DNA of 64,000 nt from a virus, in the IMG/VR virus record IMGVR_UViG_3300025699_000004. The stretch is one strand, 5' to 3'. Shown here one piece after another: positions 29,836-40,104 of the stretch. Within the stretch, counting starts at the first letter, position 1. Each line of letters starts with the position of its first letter. The notes beneath the pieces were generated by a model. It did not search any database. It was not told the DNA's origin and saw only the letters and a list, made by a program, of their open reading frames with translations. The position numbers were made by a program, and so were the translations under genes.

Positions 29836-31398
29836 CTATTTCCTTGGAATAGCGACGTGATCAGGAATGTCCACTCTATTGGCTCCTGAAATAAATACGC
29901 CGTGAAGTTTATCTTCTGGACCACCGATTTGGGTGGTGAAAGATAAGTCTACAGATTTATTACTACCAATGTCAGAGCTGATAGATTCACTATCTATTCT
30001 CGCTCCTTTGAAATCAATAATCATTGAATCTGTCGCATCTCCGACTCCGCAACTTTGATTAGCTTTCATTTTAACTTTGACATCATATTCGTCACAAGCA
30101 TCAATGATTTTTGCCAAGTTAGCTTCGTTAACTTCAGAAACAAGAGCGGAAACACTCATTGTTGCAACAACTGGAAAGTCTACAACTCTAGAAAATGCGA
30201 ACCTAGTTCCCAATCTGTCGATAGGACTTCTTGAGAGAGGTAATGAAAGACTAAAGTTTTGAATGTGAACGGATCCGTCTCCGCTTACATCAGTAAATAT
30301 AGAAAGTCCTGTCGGAATTTGCAATTCAATATCACCAGGCCTTAAAGCGGTAGCAGTAACATCTCCCGTAGAAGGAGCCGCTCCTTCACCATCACCCCTT
30401 AGGGTTGAGTGATGACCTACAGAGAAATTAATTCCTGTAACTGGCTTTCCGTCATCAAGAGTAACAGCTGGAATTTCTTTTCCAGTCGTTCCAATATCTG
30501 ACTTCGCATTAAAAAGTTCAACCGTACTAGAGACCGAAGGAATAGACCCTACAGAAGCGTCTAAAGAATAATCACTAAGGAAACCATTACCCAATGAAAT
30601 AACACTTCTTTCTGAAACTGAGCGCGTTGTATTAAAAGCATCAGTTCCTTCAGGAGTAGTTAAAATAAAGAAATTTCTTCCAGCACCATCATCTTGAAGG
30701 TGTCCAGATGAAGCATTAAGAATTGCAGTTCCCATTCCAACTCCCTTATTAGCTGCTCCTTGAATGTAAAATCCAAGATTTCTTTCGTTAAATCCGTCTG
30801 TTGGATAATAAGTGAAATCAAGATTTACTGTGGGTGGCTCAAGAGCGATAGCATCAATTCTAGCAAGCTGACCAAAAGTATTAACATCAGTTCTATTGAT
30901 AGAGAAGCTATAATTCGCGCTTTGTACTCTATGAATTTGTTGAACTAAATTTTCGTAATCTCCACTTATTGCTGGTTGAAGCATTACGCCAGTTGTAGAC
31001 GCTCCAGCCCCCGCTGTTACTGAAGTATCAGCAAATGTCTCAAAGCTCGATTTTTTTGTGAACAGAGCTGCGTTTCCTTGGCCCGCTGCTGTTCCATTAA
31101 TAGCTTGAATCAAATTGAAACCAGGCATCGCAGCTTTTACCGCCCCACTTATATTAACTAAATCAAATTCTTCAGGGCTTGCGGTCAAACTAGTAGAAGG
31201 CGTAACGTCGAACTGCTTTGTTACTTGTGGGTCTTGAGTTAATCCAATAGGACTAACAGGCATAACTGCTGAATGCCACTCGTTCAAGCCTGGCCCACCC
31301 TTCCCAGTTAAGACTCCATTACATATGAAGTGCGCTCCTGTCGAATTAGGGCTAACGAATACCGCTTCACTTTGATATATTACTCTATTTCTTGCCAT
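29836..31398 (-). CDS. Major tail tube protein (520 aa)
   Basis: RVQSANYSFSINRTDVNTFGQLA, PPTVNLDFTY, FKGARIDSES; upstream of the TMP; followed by a strong terminator. Confidence 0.8.
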   Translation of the reverse strand: MARNRVIYQSEAVFVSPNSTGAHFICNGVLTGKGGPGLNEWHSAVMPVSPIGLTQDPQVTKQFDVTPSTSLTASPEEFDLVNISGAVKAAMPGFNLIQAINGTAAGQGNAALFTKKSSFETFADTSVTAGAGASTTGVMLQPAISGDYENLVQQIHRVQSANYSFSINRTDVNTFGQLARIDAIALEPPTVNLDFTYYPTDGFNERNLGFYIQGAANKGVGMGTAILNASSGHLQDDGAGRNFFILTTPEGTDAFNTTRSVSERSVISLGNGFLSDYSLDASVGSIPSVSSTVELFNAKSDIGTTGKEIPAVTLDDGKPVTGINFSVGHHSTLRGDGEGAAPSTGDVTATALRPGDIELQIPTGLSIFTDVSGDGSVHIQNFSLSLPLSRSPIDRLGTRFAFSRVVDFPVVATMSVSALVSEVNEANLAKIIDACDEYDVKVKMKANQSCGVGDATDSMIIDFKGARIDSESISSDIGSNKSVDLSFTTQIGGPEDKLHGVFISGANRVDIPDHVAIPRK

Positions 31399-31488
31399 GA
31401 CTTATCTTTTGTTAAATTTAAATTTTTGGTGGGTTACTGTAAATTACAACCAACATCACTTAATGTGAAATATTTAATTGCTTTTTTA

Positions 31489-32349
31489 TTAGCATATTCT
31501 AGGATATCTTAGTTTAGTTACCTCGAAATCTATAAAACCGACAAAGAGAGACGGAGATATTGTATTCCTTATTGTCTCACTTATCTTCGAAGTATTAACT
31601 CTTTCTATATTAAAAATATTTTGATTATGTCTATTTTGTAAGTTTTCATACAAATATATCCCGCTCTTTAAATCCCCATATTCATTTATAGGATGTTCGG
31701 CAAATGAAACATGTGGATATGCGATATCTCTAGAGTCAGCGAATAATGATAATACTCCATCTAATTGGTATAAATTTTCAGCAAAAACAACAGATTTGAA
31801 ATTTAATATAGTTTTATCTTCCCCTCCAAATGAAAAAGGTTTATTTTCTATATATTCATTATTTACGAAAATAGCAGGAGTTACGAAATCATAAGGTGGT
31901 ATTCCAGTTTCGACTACTGTAAATCTACTATTTGTATCGTATTTATTTTCTATAACTAAATTTTCTTCAGATTGATTAGTGTTATATATATTAAAATCTT
32001 TTACTGCGAATTGCCCGCTCCATTGCATGTTTTCATCTGCAGCGGCTCCAGTGGCTACAATCCCGCCATTATCAAAATCGATGTAATACCCCATTCCTGG
32101 ATCTCCTCTTCTGGTAGCTAAGCCAAATCCAGAAAAATTGACAGGTACATGAGCTCCACCCACACCGCTTTCCGTACACCATTGTTTATAAGAACTACTA
32201 TACCTGTAGAACCCCGCTGGCAGCCTATCATCTTTGACATAATATAACTTACCCGTCTTGTTCGAATAAGCCTCAGCGTTTTTTATTAAAAAATCATCAA
32301 ACCATAATGAAAAGCTGGTAGTTGCTTCGTGACCAAAATTTATTTTCAT
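31489..32349 (-). CDS. Putative tail completion/terminator protein (286 aa)
   Basis: Position between the neck and tube genes; no diagnostic motif. Confidence 0.45.
   Translation of the reverse strand: MKINFGHEATTSFSLWFDDFLIKNAEAYSNKTGKLYYVKDDRLPAGFYRYSSSYKQWCTESGVGGAHVPVNFSGFGLATRRGDPGMGYYIDFDNGGIVATGAAADENMQWSGQFAVKDFNIYNTNQSEENLVIENKYDTNSRFTVVETGIPPYDFVTPAIFVNNEYIENKPFSFGGEDKTILNFKSVVFAENLYQLDGVLSLFADSRDIAYPHVSFAEHPINEYGDLKSGIYLYENLQNRHNQNIFNIERVNTSKISETIRNTISPSLFVGFIDFEVTKLRYPRIC
32009..32054 (-). repeat. 46-bp dispersed repeat, copy A (in the tail completion gene)
   Basis: 42/46 identical to 63529-63574, with a perfect 31-bp core AATTGCCCGCTCCATTGCATGTTTTCATCTG. Confidence 0.95.
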
Positions 32350-33014
32350 TAAAGCATTCTCCCGTTTAAAGCGATAACCGACCTTCTAAAGTCTTTTAGT
32401 ATAGATGAAATGTAAGAAGTTCTTGTGAACCTAGTTCTTTGGTTAGCTATAGCCCCCCCAGTACTTCCTCCTCCAAAAGCTTTCTCGTCTTTTTTTCCTC
32501 CTTTTATTTGTATAGCTGGTCCAGATCTTGATTTATCTATATTTTTTCCTTGTAAATACAAATAGAAACCTAAGCCAGAAATACCCGTCTCGATACCATC
32601 TAGCCAGCTCCTTGAGCCCTCAAAATCGGACCTGAAGTTTGAAAATTTTGTCATTGAGAAAAGCTCATCTTTCGTCGGTTCTGTAGTTATGAAGTTAAAT
32701 ACTCCCCTGCTTATTTTTTGTTTAATAATTCTTGTTTCTTCTAATCTCGATCTTATTGGCTCTATGGGATCGTGTCCAGAAGGAAACCCAATAAAAGTAA
32801 ATAAATTACCATAACCACTTAAAGTCTTACTTGAATTACTAGCATCTTCTCCATTTTCTATCTCTATAGTTACTGGATGATTATTGAAATCGCTAATCAT
32901 TCTGCGTTTTATTATTTCAAATTCTTTTAATAAAATCTTTAAAACAGATGGAGCTAATTGTTTGCTGGCTTGAGATTCTATCGACCTTCTGACATCTGCA
33001 GGTAATCTATTCAT
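32349..33014 (-). CDS. Putative neck/tail completion protein (221 aa)
   Basis: Synteny within the head-tail joining cluster; GNLFTFIGF, SWLDGIETGISG. Confidence 0.45.
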   Translation of the reverse strand: MNRLPADVRRSIESQASKQLAPSVLKILLKEFEIIKRRMISDFNNHPVTIEIENGEDASNSSKTLSGYGNLFTFIGFPSGHDPIEPIRSRLEETRIIKQKISRGVFNFITTEPTKDELFSMTKFSNFRSDFEGSRSWLDGIETGISGLGFYLYLQGKNIDKSRSGPAIQIKGGKKDEKAFGGGSTGGAIANQRTRFTRTSYISSILKDFRRSVIALNGRML

Positions 33015-33473
33015 TTAATTCTCTGTTGGAGTTAAAAAGAATGTATAATAATTAGGTTCAAATAAACCGTGAGGTCTCACATCGCTAGTTATTGAAAATC
33101 TTCTTCCATCAAAATCTACTCTTTTTGCTTGCCTGATATACTGATATCCTGTTTTATCTAATTTTATCCGTACTGTACCGTCTGGGATTTTTATTTTTAA
33201 TTGAGAATCTATTTCTGGAGATGATATATTTTGTTCAGCTCGATCAGTGTCGTAAGTTATTCGAGCCATAAAAGAGCCTGATTGAACTTGTTTTGTTTCT
33301 ATTTTTGATTGAGCTGCATTCTGATGGTATATAGCATTATAAGAAGGGTTTGTCGCTATAGATATCGACTTAGCCTCCTTATACACATATATTTCCCGAG
33401 CAAAAGTATCATGCAAATCATTAAATGCGCCTTGTAGCGCTGCCTTTTGAGCTGCTGTTAATAATGAAGCCAT
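33015..33473 (-). CDS. Putative head closure protein (152 aa; start moved to MASLL)
   Basis: Beta-rich C-terminus (RVDFDGRRF.I.SD.RPHGLF..YYTFFL); GTGTAT motif 9 nt upstream of this ATG. Confidence 0.55.
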   Translation of the reverse strand: MASLLTAAQKAALQGAFNDLHDTFAREIYVYKEAKSISIATNPSYNAIYHQNAAQSKIETKQVQSGSFMARITYDTDRAEQNISSPEIDSQLKIKIPDGTVRIKLDKTGYQYIRQAKRVDFDGRRFSITSDVRPHGLFEPNYYTFFLTPTEN

Positions 33474-33482
33474 ATGTAATAT

Positions 33483-33519
33483 ATACACTTTTATTTGAAA
33501 AAATATTTTTTTTGTGTAA
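33483..33519. promoter_or_regulatory. Divergent pair of GTGTA motifs
   Basis: GTGTAT on minus (33483-33488) and GTGTAA on plus (33514-33519), between divergent genes. Confidence 0.65.
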
Positions 33520-33541
33520 CATAATATGGAAAAAGGTTTCT

Positions 33542-33823
33542 ATGGAGGATAAAAAATTATTACAGGAAAGGTATGAAAGACATGTTAAGGATTTATTTAA
33601 ATCTTTTCTTTTTATCTTGGAGGATTTAGCGGATGATCACGCTATACATTTCGCAAAATTAAAAAGATCACTACCAGAACATTCGAGTCTAATTGATCAA
33701 GCTAATTATTTTGACAAAGAAAAACTTCAATTCTTAAGGAAAAGAGTTTTGGATTTAGGAAACGACTCATTAAGAAGCCACGGCGAAGATTTGGAAAAAT
33801 TCACTGTAATTTTTAAATTTTAA
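33542..33823 (+). CDS. Hypothetical protein (93 aa; start at MEDKK)
   Basis: AAAGG upstream of ATG 33542; GTGTAA at 33514; the ORF-track extension to 33425 overlaps the opposite-strand gene. Confidence 0.65.
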   Translation: MEDKKLLQERYERHVKDLFKSFLFILEDLADDHAIHFAKLKRSLPEHSSLIDQANYFDKEKLQFLRKRVLDLGNDSLRSHGEDLEKFTVIFKF

Positions 33824-33837
33824 TTTTATAATACAAT

Positions 33838-34599
33838 ATGAAAGAAATATATAGTTTTAATGTTGAGGTAGAGCGCACTGTAGAAGAAACTTCGACCAAG
33901 AAAAGAAAAAACAAAGACACGGGTAAAATGGAAGAAGTGTCTGTCGCCCAAGAGGTTAAAAAAGAAGTCCCCGTAAAGATTATTTTAAGAGAGCCCAACA
34001 GAAGGCAGCTAGAGGAGGCCGACATGGAATATAGCATTGAAATGAGTAAGTGCATCAAAAGAGGAATTCTTACCAAGGCAATGCTCGCAAAAAAGTATAG
34101 CGACTCAGGAGGGTTACTTAGTGAGGAAGATGCTCAATTTTTAACTAGAAAGTATTCTGAATTAGGCGATTTTCAAAATAAATATACTAGACTTTCTACA
34201 AAACCTAAAAAGACTAAATCTGACGAAGACAAATTAAAGAATATGCTAGGAGAGATGGCTGAAAAAAGAAGGGAAATTGTTGACATGGAAACAAGCTATT
34301 CTTCTTTATTTAATCATACCGCTGACACTAAAGCTCAAAATAGAGTGTTATTGTGGTATCTAGTAAACCTCTCTTTTTTCCAAGAAAACGAATCGGAAGA
34401 AATGAAACCATTTTTTACCGCAGAAAGCATGGAGGATAAGATAGAGGAGTATTACGATCTAGATGAGGGAGGAAACGATATCTTCGATATTTCTAAGGAT
34501 AAATTATCTACAATTTTAAGTTTTTGGTATTTTAGCTCAAACGCAACTCAAGAAGACTTTGACAAATTGAATGAAGATATAGAATCGGGAAATGTCTAA
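33838..34599 (+). CDS. Helical acidic protein, possible tail assembly chaperone (253 aa)
   Basis: LREPNRRQLEEADMEY resembles chaperone G-like motifs; function inferred. Confidence 0.4.
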   Translation: MKEIYSFNVEVERTVEETSTKKRKNKDTGKMEEVSVAQEVKKEVPVKIILREPNRRQLEEADMEYSIEMSKCIKRGILTKAMLAKKYSDSGGLLSEEDAQFLTRKYSELGDFQNKYTRLSTKPKKTKSDEDKLKNMLGEMAEKRREIVDMETSYSSLFNHTADTKAQNRVLLWYLVNLSFFQENESEEMKPFFTAESMEDKIEEYYDLDEGGNDIFDISKDKLSTILSFWYFSSNATQEDFDKLNEDIESGNV

Positions 34600-35590
34600 G
34601 AGTGAAGCTACTTTATATAGAAAAATTTTTAGAGATGTAGTTCAAGGTTTTACCAAAGTCTTTCATGGTGAAGAGCTTATATTCATAAAGCACTTAACAA
34701 CTCACGACCAAGTTAACCTGGAGGATATAGAAGAGAACTTTTTTAATAAAGCTCAAGCAAGGGGCTTAAAGACGGAGCAAGAATCTCTTGATCAAATAAT
34801 TAAAGATGAATTATGGACAAGAGAGGACGAGCAGTTTCTCTCGACTCAAAAATCTTACGTAGAAAATTTATACAAAGGTAAGTCTCAATTAATTCTAAAA
34901 TCTCAAATAGATAATCAAGAGAGGTTAATAAACACTGAGCTTAAAAAGCTAGACGAAAAAATCAACGAAAAAAACGAATTGCTAGGCGAAACTTGCGAAA
35001 AATACTCCAAGAAAAGAGCTAATGATTATTATATAATGACGAGCTTTTATAGCGACGAAAAATTAACCACAAAACTTTATGAAGAAAAAGAATTTGATGA
35101 TGTTGGATATAGTAGATTAAGCGAATTAGTAAATATTCACAACGAGCACTTTTCTGTTTTTTCTGAGGATAACATACAAAAAACTATATTAGAAGATTTC
35201 TTTTTTCCCTTTATGTCGTTCAGCGAAGACACAATGCAGTTTTTTGGCAAACCTGTCTGCGAATTAACGAACCATCAAGTTAAATTAATTATATTCGCTA
35301 GAATTTTTAAATCGATTTTTGATAATAATGAAAATATACCTGAAAAGATCAGGAAAGATCCAAAGGCATTAATAGACTTCGCCTCAACCTCAAACAAAGG
35401 AAAAGAAGAACTGGACAGGCACGAGGAAAAAGGAGGGGCAACTACAGTGGTAGGAGCTACTAAAGAAGATTATGAATACATGGGAGTCAATCCTGTAAAG
35501 GCTGAAGGTGGAGTGTCCTTGCACGAGAAAGCGAAGAAGAAAGGCGGAACCTTAAATATGAATGACCTAATGGAAATGGCTGGGCAGTAA
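34592..35590 (+). CDS. Helical protein, possible second tail assembly chaperone (332 aa)
   Basis: Overlaps the preceding gene by 8 nt; coiled coil; FFGKPVCELT.HQ; function inferred. Confidence 0.35.
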   Translation: MSKSEATLYRKIFRDVVQGFTKVFHGEELIFIKHLTTHDQVNLEDIEENFFNKAQARGLKTEQESLDQIIKDELWTREDEQFLSTQKSYVENLYKGKSQLILKSQIDNQERLINTELKKLDEKINEKNELLGETCEKYSKKRANDYYIMTSFYSDEKLTTKLYEEKEFDDVGYSRLSELVNIHNEHFSVFSEDNIQKTILEDFFFPFMSFSEDTMQFFGKPVCELTNHQVKLIIFARIFKSIFDNNENIPEKIRKDPKALIDFASTSNKGKEELDRHEEKGGATTVVGATKEDYEYMGVNPVKAEGGVSLHEKAKKKGGTLNMNDLMEMAGQ

Positions 35591-35591
35591 T

Positions 35592-36116
35592 TTATTCAGG
35601 AGAATCTTTCCCAGCGACTTGCCTGGGTCCGCCCCTGTAAGAGGTATATCTTTGCAACAAATCCCTTAATGTATAATCAGCGTCTTGAGCAAATGAAGAG
35701 AATGTTCTTGATGCGGTTACTTTTGTTGCTGGGCTTGCTAACATAGCTTGTCTTTTTATTACACTATCTCCATCTCTTAATTCAGTCCAATCAGAAGTAA
35801 CTATTGACCCTGACCCGCTCGAGCTTGAACTGCTTGAGCTGGTCGAAACTCCCATTAAAGCGCTTCTCCCTAGCTTTGTATAATAGTTTTTTAGAAAAAC
35901 TTGCCTGTAAATAGCCTGCTCCTCAACTCTTAATCCTGGATTTTCTCCGCTGTAACAAGTATGAATTAATACATTTAATTCGCCCATGTTGTTTTGCAAC
36001 CATCCTGATATATAGTCCATCGACACCGATCCAGTATTTGAATCGAAATCATACTTAAATATTCCAGTAGCTAAATTACCTACTTCGTTTAAAGATGGTG
36101 AAAAATAATAGCTCAT
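35592..36116 (-). CDS. Putative head-tail adaptor (174 aa)
   Basis: Downstream of the capsid gene; contains a Ser run (SSSSSSSGSGS). Confidence 0.45.
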   Translation of the reverse strand: MSYYFSPSLNEVGNLATGIFKYDFDSNTGSVSMDYISGWLQNNMGELNVLIHTCYSGENPGLRVEEQAIYRQVFLKNYYTKLGRSALMGVSTSSSSSSSSGSGSIVTSDWTELRDGDSVIKRQAMLASPATKVTASRTFSSFAQDADYTLRDLLQRYTSYRGGPRQVAGKDSPE

Positions 36117-36526
36117 TTTCCATTAAGTATATCTATTATATCTTTAGCGACCTCCGAATCTGGATCAACAATAGGTTTTTCCACTTGAGAGTTGTGTAAC
36201 GGCCTGTTTAGACTGCCGAATTTTGTTTTGAATTCTTTTTTCAGTTTATTTTTTAGAGTGGTCTTATTTCCAGATGGAAAAACACTAGCGTTAACTGCCA
36301 TTTCTTGCATCTCTCTAATATTCATAGATGCTAACCTTTCCTCCAAATTTTCTAAAGATTCAACTCCAAATGGATTTCTGGGAGCGTTAAGAATATCTTC
36401 AATATCTTTAGCTAAGTTGTGGTCTTGTTCGATTTTTCCATTCGCTAAAAACACTTCGGTCTCTTGTTTTTTATTCACCTTACGAGTTGTTGCTTTTGTT
36501 TTTCTTGTAGTTGTCTTTTTTGTCAT
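36113..36526 (-). CDS. Hypothetical protein with basic N-tail and HeH/SAP-like helical motif (137 aa)
   Basis: LASMNIREMQEMAV...GNKTTLKNKLKKEF; position after the capsid gene. Confidence 0.45.
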   Translation of the reverse strand: MTKKTTTRKTKATTRKVNKKQETEVFLANGKIEQDHNLAKDIEDILNAPRNPFGVESLENLEERLASMNIREMQEMAVNASVFPSGNKTTLKNKLKKEFKTKFGSLNRPLHNSQVEKPIVDPDSEVAKDIIDILNGK

Positions 36527-36547
36527 AATTTAATCCTTTATATTAGG

Positions 36548-36553
36548 GTACAC
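36548..36553 (-). promoter_or_regulatory. GTGTA motif
   Basis: GTGTAC after the capsid terminator, ~21 nt before the start at 36526. Confidence 0.6.
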
Positions 36554-36575
36554 ATATATTATAATATCTAGAAAC

Positions 36576-36604
36576 AAAAAATCCACCATAAAGGTGGACT
36601 TTTT
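36576..36604 (-). terminator. Intrinsic terminator after the major capsid gene
   Basis: AAAAAA-TCCACC-ataaa-GGTGGA-CTTTTT. Confidence 0.75.
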
Positions 36605-36625
36605 GCAAAAGAATGTGAAATACTC

Positions 36626-37720
36626 TTAAACCTGAATGGCTAAGATAGCACTATCATTGATGATTGTGCGACCTTCTTCAAGCTCGGAGTAAAATCCGAT
36701 CTTCTTAGAGCGAGTCACATACTGATCATCAGCAGAAACACTCATTGTTGTGCCAGATTCGGCATCAACAGCCACAGCTCTCAAAAGCGACTCTCTTGAC
36801 CTGTCAAGACCAAGGCAAACGTCGGCTCTTGTCATTGTGCCTCCAAGAAGCTTTTTAGCAACCTTGGTGTACTTAGCGTTTAAACCAAGTTCATAAATTT
36901 CCATGATGGAAATTCCGTAGAACTCAGGAAGTCCAGCGCTATTGTAGATAGCTTGACGCATTTCGTCAGTAGCAGGAATTGCAGTTTCGGTTGTCTGGTT
37001 TGCGCCAGTACCAGCAGCAGTTTGAACTCCACCCTTGGTATTAATTGGATTGTAAGCCATTTCACGAAGGCTTTGAACGATCTCAGGAGAAACGATCAAA
37101 TCAGTCATGCCACGAGTACGCTCAGGAGTACCACCGCTCCAAGAAGGATTATTCCTTTTCATCTTGGTAAGCATCTTGTTGAAATCATCAAGCAAGAAGC
37201 GGTTAGCAAAAGTGGAAGAAGTAAGCAGCTTGTTTGAATTATCTGCGATAGTTCCAAGAAGCAAAGATGCAGAAGCATTTTCTTGCTGAATAAGGATCTC
37301 TTGAGCCAAGCGAGTCATGCTTTTACTTACTACATCAAGTCTGGAACGAGAAGCGTAGCGCTTGTCGAAGTCAACAGCACTCTCAAGTCTGTAAGTGGCA
37401 AGCTTCAACTCACTATGAGTTGGAGTTACGTGGCTGGAAGGAAGTCCGCCTGCAGCATTTGTGCTATAAACCTTAATGTAGTCTTCGTCCGATACATCAT
37501 AGTAGAGATCGAGCGGAATACTGGGGTTATCATCAGCAGCAAACTGAAAGGGGTTAAACAAGTTACTGATCGTAGGAGCGTTGTCTACTACTTCAGCGAC
37601 AACAGGTCCGATAAATGCAGCTAAAGCTTCTTGAGCTTCGTATGCAACATTTCTGTCGCGTGAAGCCATTGCCTTGACCAGTTCTACTTGCTCGTCGGTT
37701 CTTTTTAGTGTGATATTCAT
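36626..37720 (-). CDS. Major capsid protein (364 aa)
   Basis: Follows the protease/scaffold and decoration genes; highly biased codon usage; followed by a terminator; TDLIVSPE, YSELEEGR..I HK97-like pattern. Confidence 0.8.
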   Translation of the reverse strand: MNITLKRTDEQVELVKAMASRDRNVAYEAQEALAAFIGPVVAEVVDNAPTISNLFNPFQFAADDNPSIPLDLYYDVSDEDYIKVYSTNAAGGLPSSHVTPTHSELKLATYRLESAVDFDKRYASRSRLDVVSKSMTRLAQEILIQQENASASLLLGTIADNSNKLLTSSTFANRFLLDDFNKMLTKMKRNNPSWSGGTPERTRGMTDLIVSPEIVQSLREMAYNPINTKGGVQTAAGTGANQTTETAIPATDEMRQAIYNSAGLPEFYGISIMEIYELGLNAKYTKVAKKLLGGTMTRADVCLGLDRSRESLLRAVAVDAESGTTMSVSADDQYVTRSKKIGFYSELEEGRTIINDSAILAIQV

Positions 37721-37756
37721 TTTATATAAGCCTTTTCTATTTTTAAAAGTTAGTGA

Positions 37757-38422
37757 TTAGCAAGATAGCTTGATTACATAATAAATTCCACTCTGGAAAT
37801 CATTATTAATTGCTCCATAAGAAGGACCAGTTTTGTTTGCTCCTCTGTGTCCAGTAGCAATAACAGATCCTAAAATGTCGTCCATATCCTTAGAAGCACT
37901 CGATAAGAACTTCTTGAACTTACCAGGGGATCCTACGGAAAGCTTGTCTCCTACTGCGGGAGATCCGTCAACGCCATTCGCATGAACTGTCACAACTCCT
38001 TTAGTAAGAACTGGTACAGTTTGACCAGAAAGAACTGCTTGAAGCTCGTCTTTCTTTACTGGGTTAAAAAGCAAGCTCTCTCCGTTTTCGTCAACGGCGA
38101 GCGTTTGATTAAGAGTTACTCCTAATACGGCGTCTCCAGAAACTGCGGGGGCAACTTTAAGAGGGTTAGTCGGATAAGGGTTACGTCCAACAGGAGAATC
38201 GTAGCTAGCCATGAAGCGATTGTCCTCGCTAACATCGATAACTTCATTGTCATTCATGTTTCCGTTTGTTACTGAAACAAGAACTCCATCTGCATTAATG
38301 TCATCTACAGAAGGCTGGATGGCTTTAAGCCCTCCCGCAGCAACGCTATCTGCGTCAAGAGCGTATAGGTTAATGACGTCGTTTTCGTCGTATTGTCTGA
38401 AAGGTAATAGTCTGTGTGCCAT
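37757..38422 (-). CDS. Capsid decoration / cement-like protein (221 aa)
   Basis: LGVTLNQT, VLSGQTVPVLTKG..TV beta-tulip-like pattern; lies between the scaffold and capsid genes. Confidence 0.55.
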   Translation of the reverse strand: MAHRLLPFRQYDENDVINLYALDADSVAAGGLKAIQPSVDDINADGVLVSVTNGNMNDNEVIDVSEDNRFMASYDSPVGRNPYPTNPLKVAPAVSGDAVLGVTLNQTLAVDENGESLLFNPVKKDELQAVLSGQTVPVLTKGVVTVHANGVDGSPAVGDKLSVGSPGKFKKFLSSASKDMDDILGSVIATGHRGANKTGPSYGAINNDFQSGIYYVIKLSC

Positions 38423-38428
38423 GATTTT

Positions 38429-40081
38429 TTAGTATTTAATTGTTATGGATTCTTTTGAAAATGCTTTTTCAAATTTTTCTTTAAGAGATAATTCTTTTTC
38501 AACGGATGCTCCGTTATTAGAAGGAAGTTGTTCGGAAGTAGCTTCAGTTTGATCAAGGGCAGTTTCAATTTCTTCTTCTTGATTTTCTTCTACAGCTTCT
38601 GTTTTAACTTCTTCTACTACAACTGTTGATGCTTCGGATCTTTTTGCTATTTCAGCTTGTATTTTTTCTTCGAAAGATTTTTCTTGATTTTCAATGAATT
38701 GTTTGCTTTTGTGATTGAAAATTATTCCAATTCTTTTTTGATAACTAGCAAAACTCTCATCGGCCTGATCCACAGTCTTCAAGTCTTCCGCAATGATTTG
38801 CCTATCTTCGTCAGACAATTCATATTCAGAATCAAAAGAATCCATTCTTTTATTAAACAAGTCGAGAGCGGCGGCGGCTTTTTGTTCAGCTTGAACTTCG
38901 GCCAATTGATCTCTTGCGGAAGCTAACTCTTCCTCCATCTTGTGGAGTTTTTCGTCGGCATCCTGTTTTGCTTGAGCAACATCTTCTTTTTGTTTTTCGA
39001 TTTCGGCTTTCTCTTTTACGTACTCTTCACTTCTTTCGCGTATTGCGTCGGAAACTACCTTTACGATATTAGCTACAGCCTCTTCGGAAAACTTATCAGC
39101 AGATGAAGCTTCGATAGTTTCTTTGAGTTGTTCGATTATTTCTTTCATGTCCATTTTGTTTTTCAATGATAAAATTGCTTTGTCAGAAGTTACATGCGTT
39201 TTTTCAATATGTGAATGATTTTTTTTATAATTTTTTATTTTTTTTAAAAAATCTTCTGTATTAATTTCAATTTTTTCGACTTCTGCACTTAGATCCTCTT
39301 CTACTTCAATCTCTTTTTCAAGACTTACCTCTTCTTTTTTTTTACTCTCTAAAGAGATTAAACCCTTCACTTCTGCAGCAGGGTTGGCGGTAAAACCAAT
39401 CCCTAAAGGAAATACAGATCCTGAAATTAATCTATATACTTCAGTTCCGTCCTTAGTCTTTCCTTGTCCTTCAAATGCTTTTAAATATTGTTTATACTCT
39501 TTAATATGTTTTTCATCAGTAAGAATCTCCGCTTCGTTTAAATTTTTACTGCCCAAAGCAATGACAAAATCATTAAAACCTATTTCCCAACTAGCTGAAA
39601 CTATATTATATTTATCGCTAGATGGATCGCAGCTCTCCTCAACAAGATTCGCAAAATCTTTATTAGCTACTTTATATATAACAGAAGCCAAAGAGATATT
39701 AAAAGGATCAAGTCCACTAATGTCATCTTTTTTTATTATTTGATTATCTCCATAAGAAGAAAACCCTGAAGATACTATATGCCCAACGACCTTGTCTTTA
39801 TTATGCTCGATGTTAGTGGGCTTATGTTTGAAATATTCAGAAACCGCAAGAGCAGTATCTGTTGACATGCCATCATGATTTTTGTTAAACTTATTCACCA
39901 CAGCCGCATTAAATGCAACAGCCATGATATCAATGTTTTTCTCTAAATCTATACCCTCAGGTATTAGACTCACCAAGCTGTCTAAAGAAGCCTTGCTTAT
40001 TCGATCAACTTCCTGTTCTCCTATTGAGGATGCTGAGATCAAGTTAGTGAATTCAGCTTTATACTTGTAAGGTTTACTCAT
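38429..40081 (-). CDS. Prohead protease / scaffold fusion (550 aa)
   Basis: HKPTNIEH..DKVVGHI, SASWEIGF, PLGIGFTANPAA.V protease-like N-half; acidic coiled-coil C-half. Confidence 0.8.
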   Translation of the reverse strand: MSKPYKYKAEFTNLISASSIGEQEVDRISKASLDSLVSLIPEGIDLEKNIDIMAVAFNAAVVNKFNKNHDGMSTDTALAVSEYFKHKPTNIEHNKDKVVGHIVSSGFSSYGDNQIIKKDDISGLDPFNISLASVIYKVANKDFANLVEESCDPSSDKYNIVSASWEIGFNDFVIALGSKNLNEAEILTDEKHIKEYKQYLKAFEGQGKTKDGTEVYRLISGSVFPLGIGFTANPAAEVKGLISLESKKKEEVSLEKEIEVEEDLSAEVEKIEINTEDFLKKIKNYKKNHSHIEKTHVTSDKAILSLKNKMDMKEIIEQLKETIEASSADKFSEEAVANIVKVVSDAIRERSEEYVKEKAEIEKQKEDVAQAKQDADEKLHKMEEELASARDQLAEVQAEQKAAAALDLFNKRMDSFDSEYELSDEDRQIIAEDLKTVDQADESFASYQKRIGIIFNHKSKQFIENQEKSFEEKIQAEIAKRSEASTVVVEEVKTEAVEENQEEEIETALDQTEATSEQLPSNNGASVEKELSLKEKFEKAFSKESITIKY

Positions 40082-40092
40082 ATAAAAATCTA

Positions 40093-40098
40093 TTACAC
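40093..40098 (-). promoter_or_regulatory. GTGTA motif
   Basis: GTGTAA 11 nt before the protease/scaffold start. Confidence 0.65.
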
Positions 40099-40104
40099 AA
40101 GCTT

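Noticed and set aside
32009-32054. 46-bp repeat pair as a DGR VR/TR
   Set aside because: Too short, only two of the four mismatches involve adenine, both copies are mid-gene, and no RT is in the window.
33838-35590. Programmed -1 frameshift (G/GT type) joining the two chaperone-like genes
   Set aside because: The second ORF is in the +1 frame with its own ATG in an 8-nt overlap, and no clear slippery heptamer precedes the stop.
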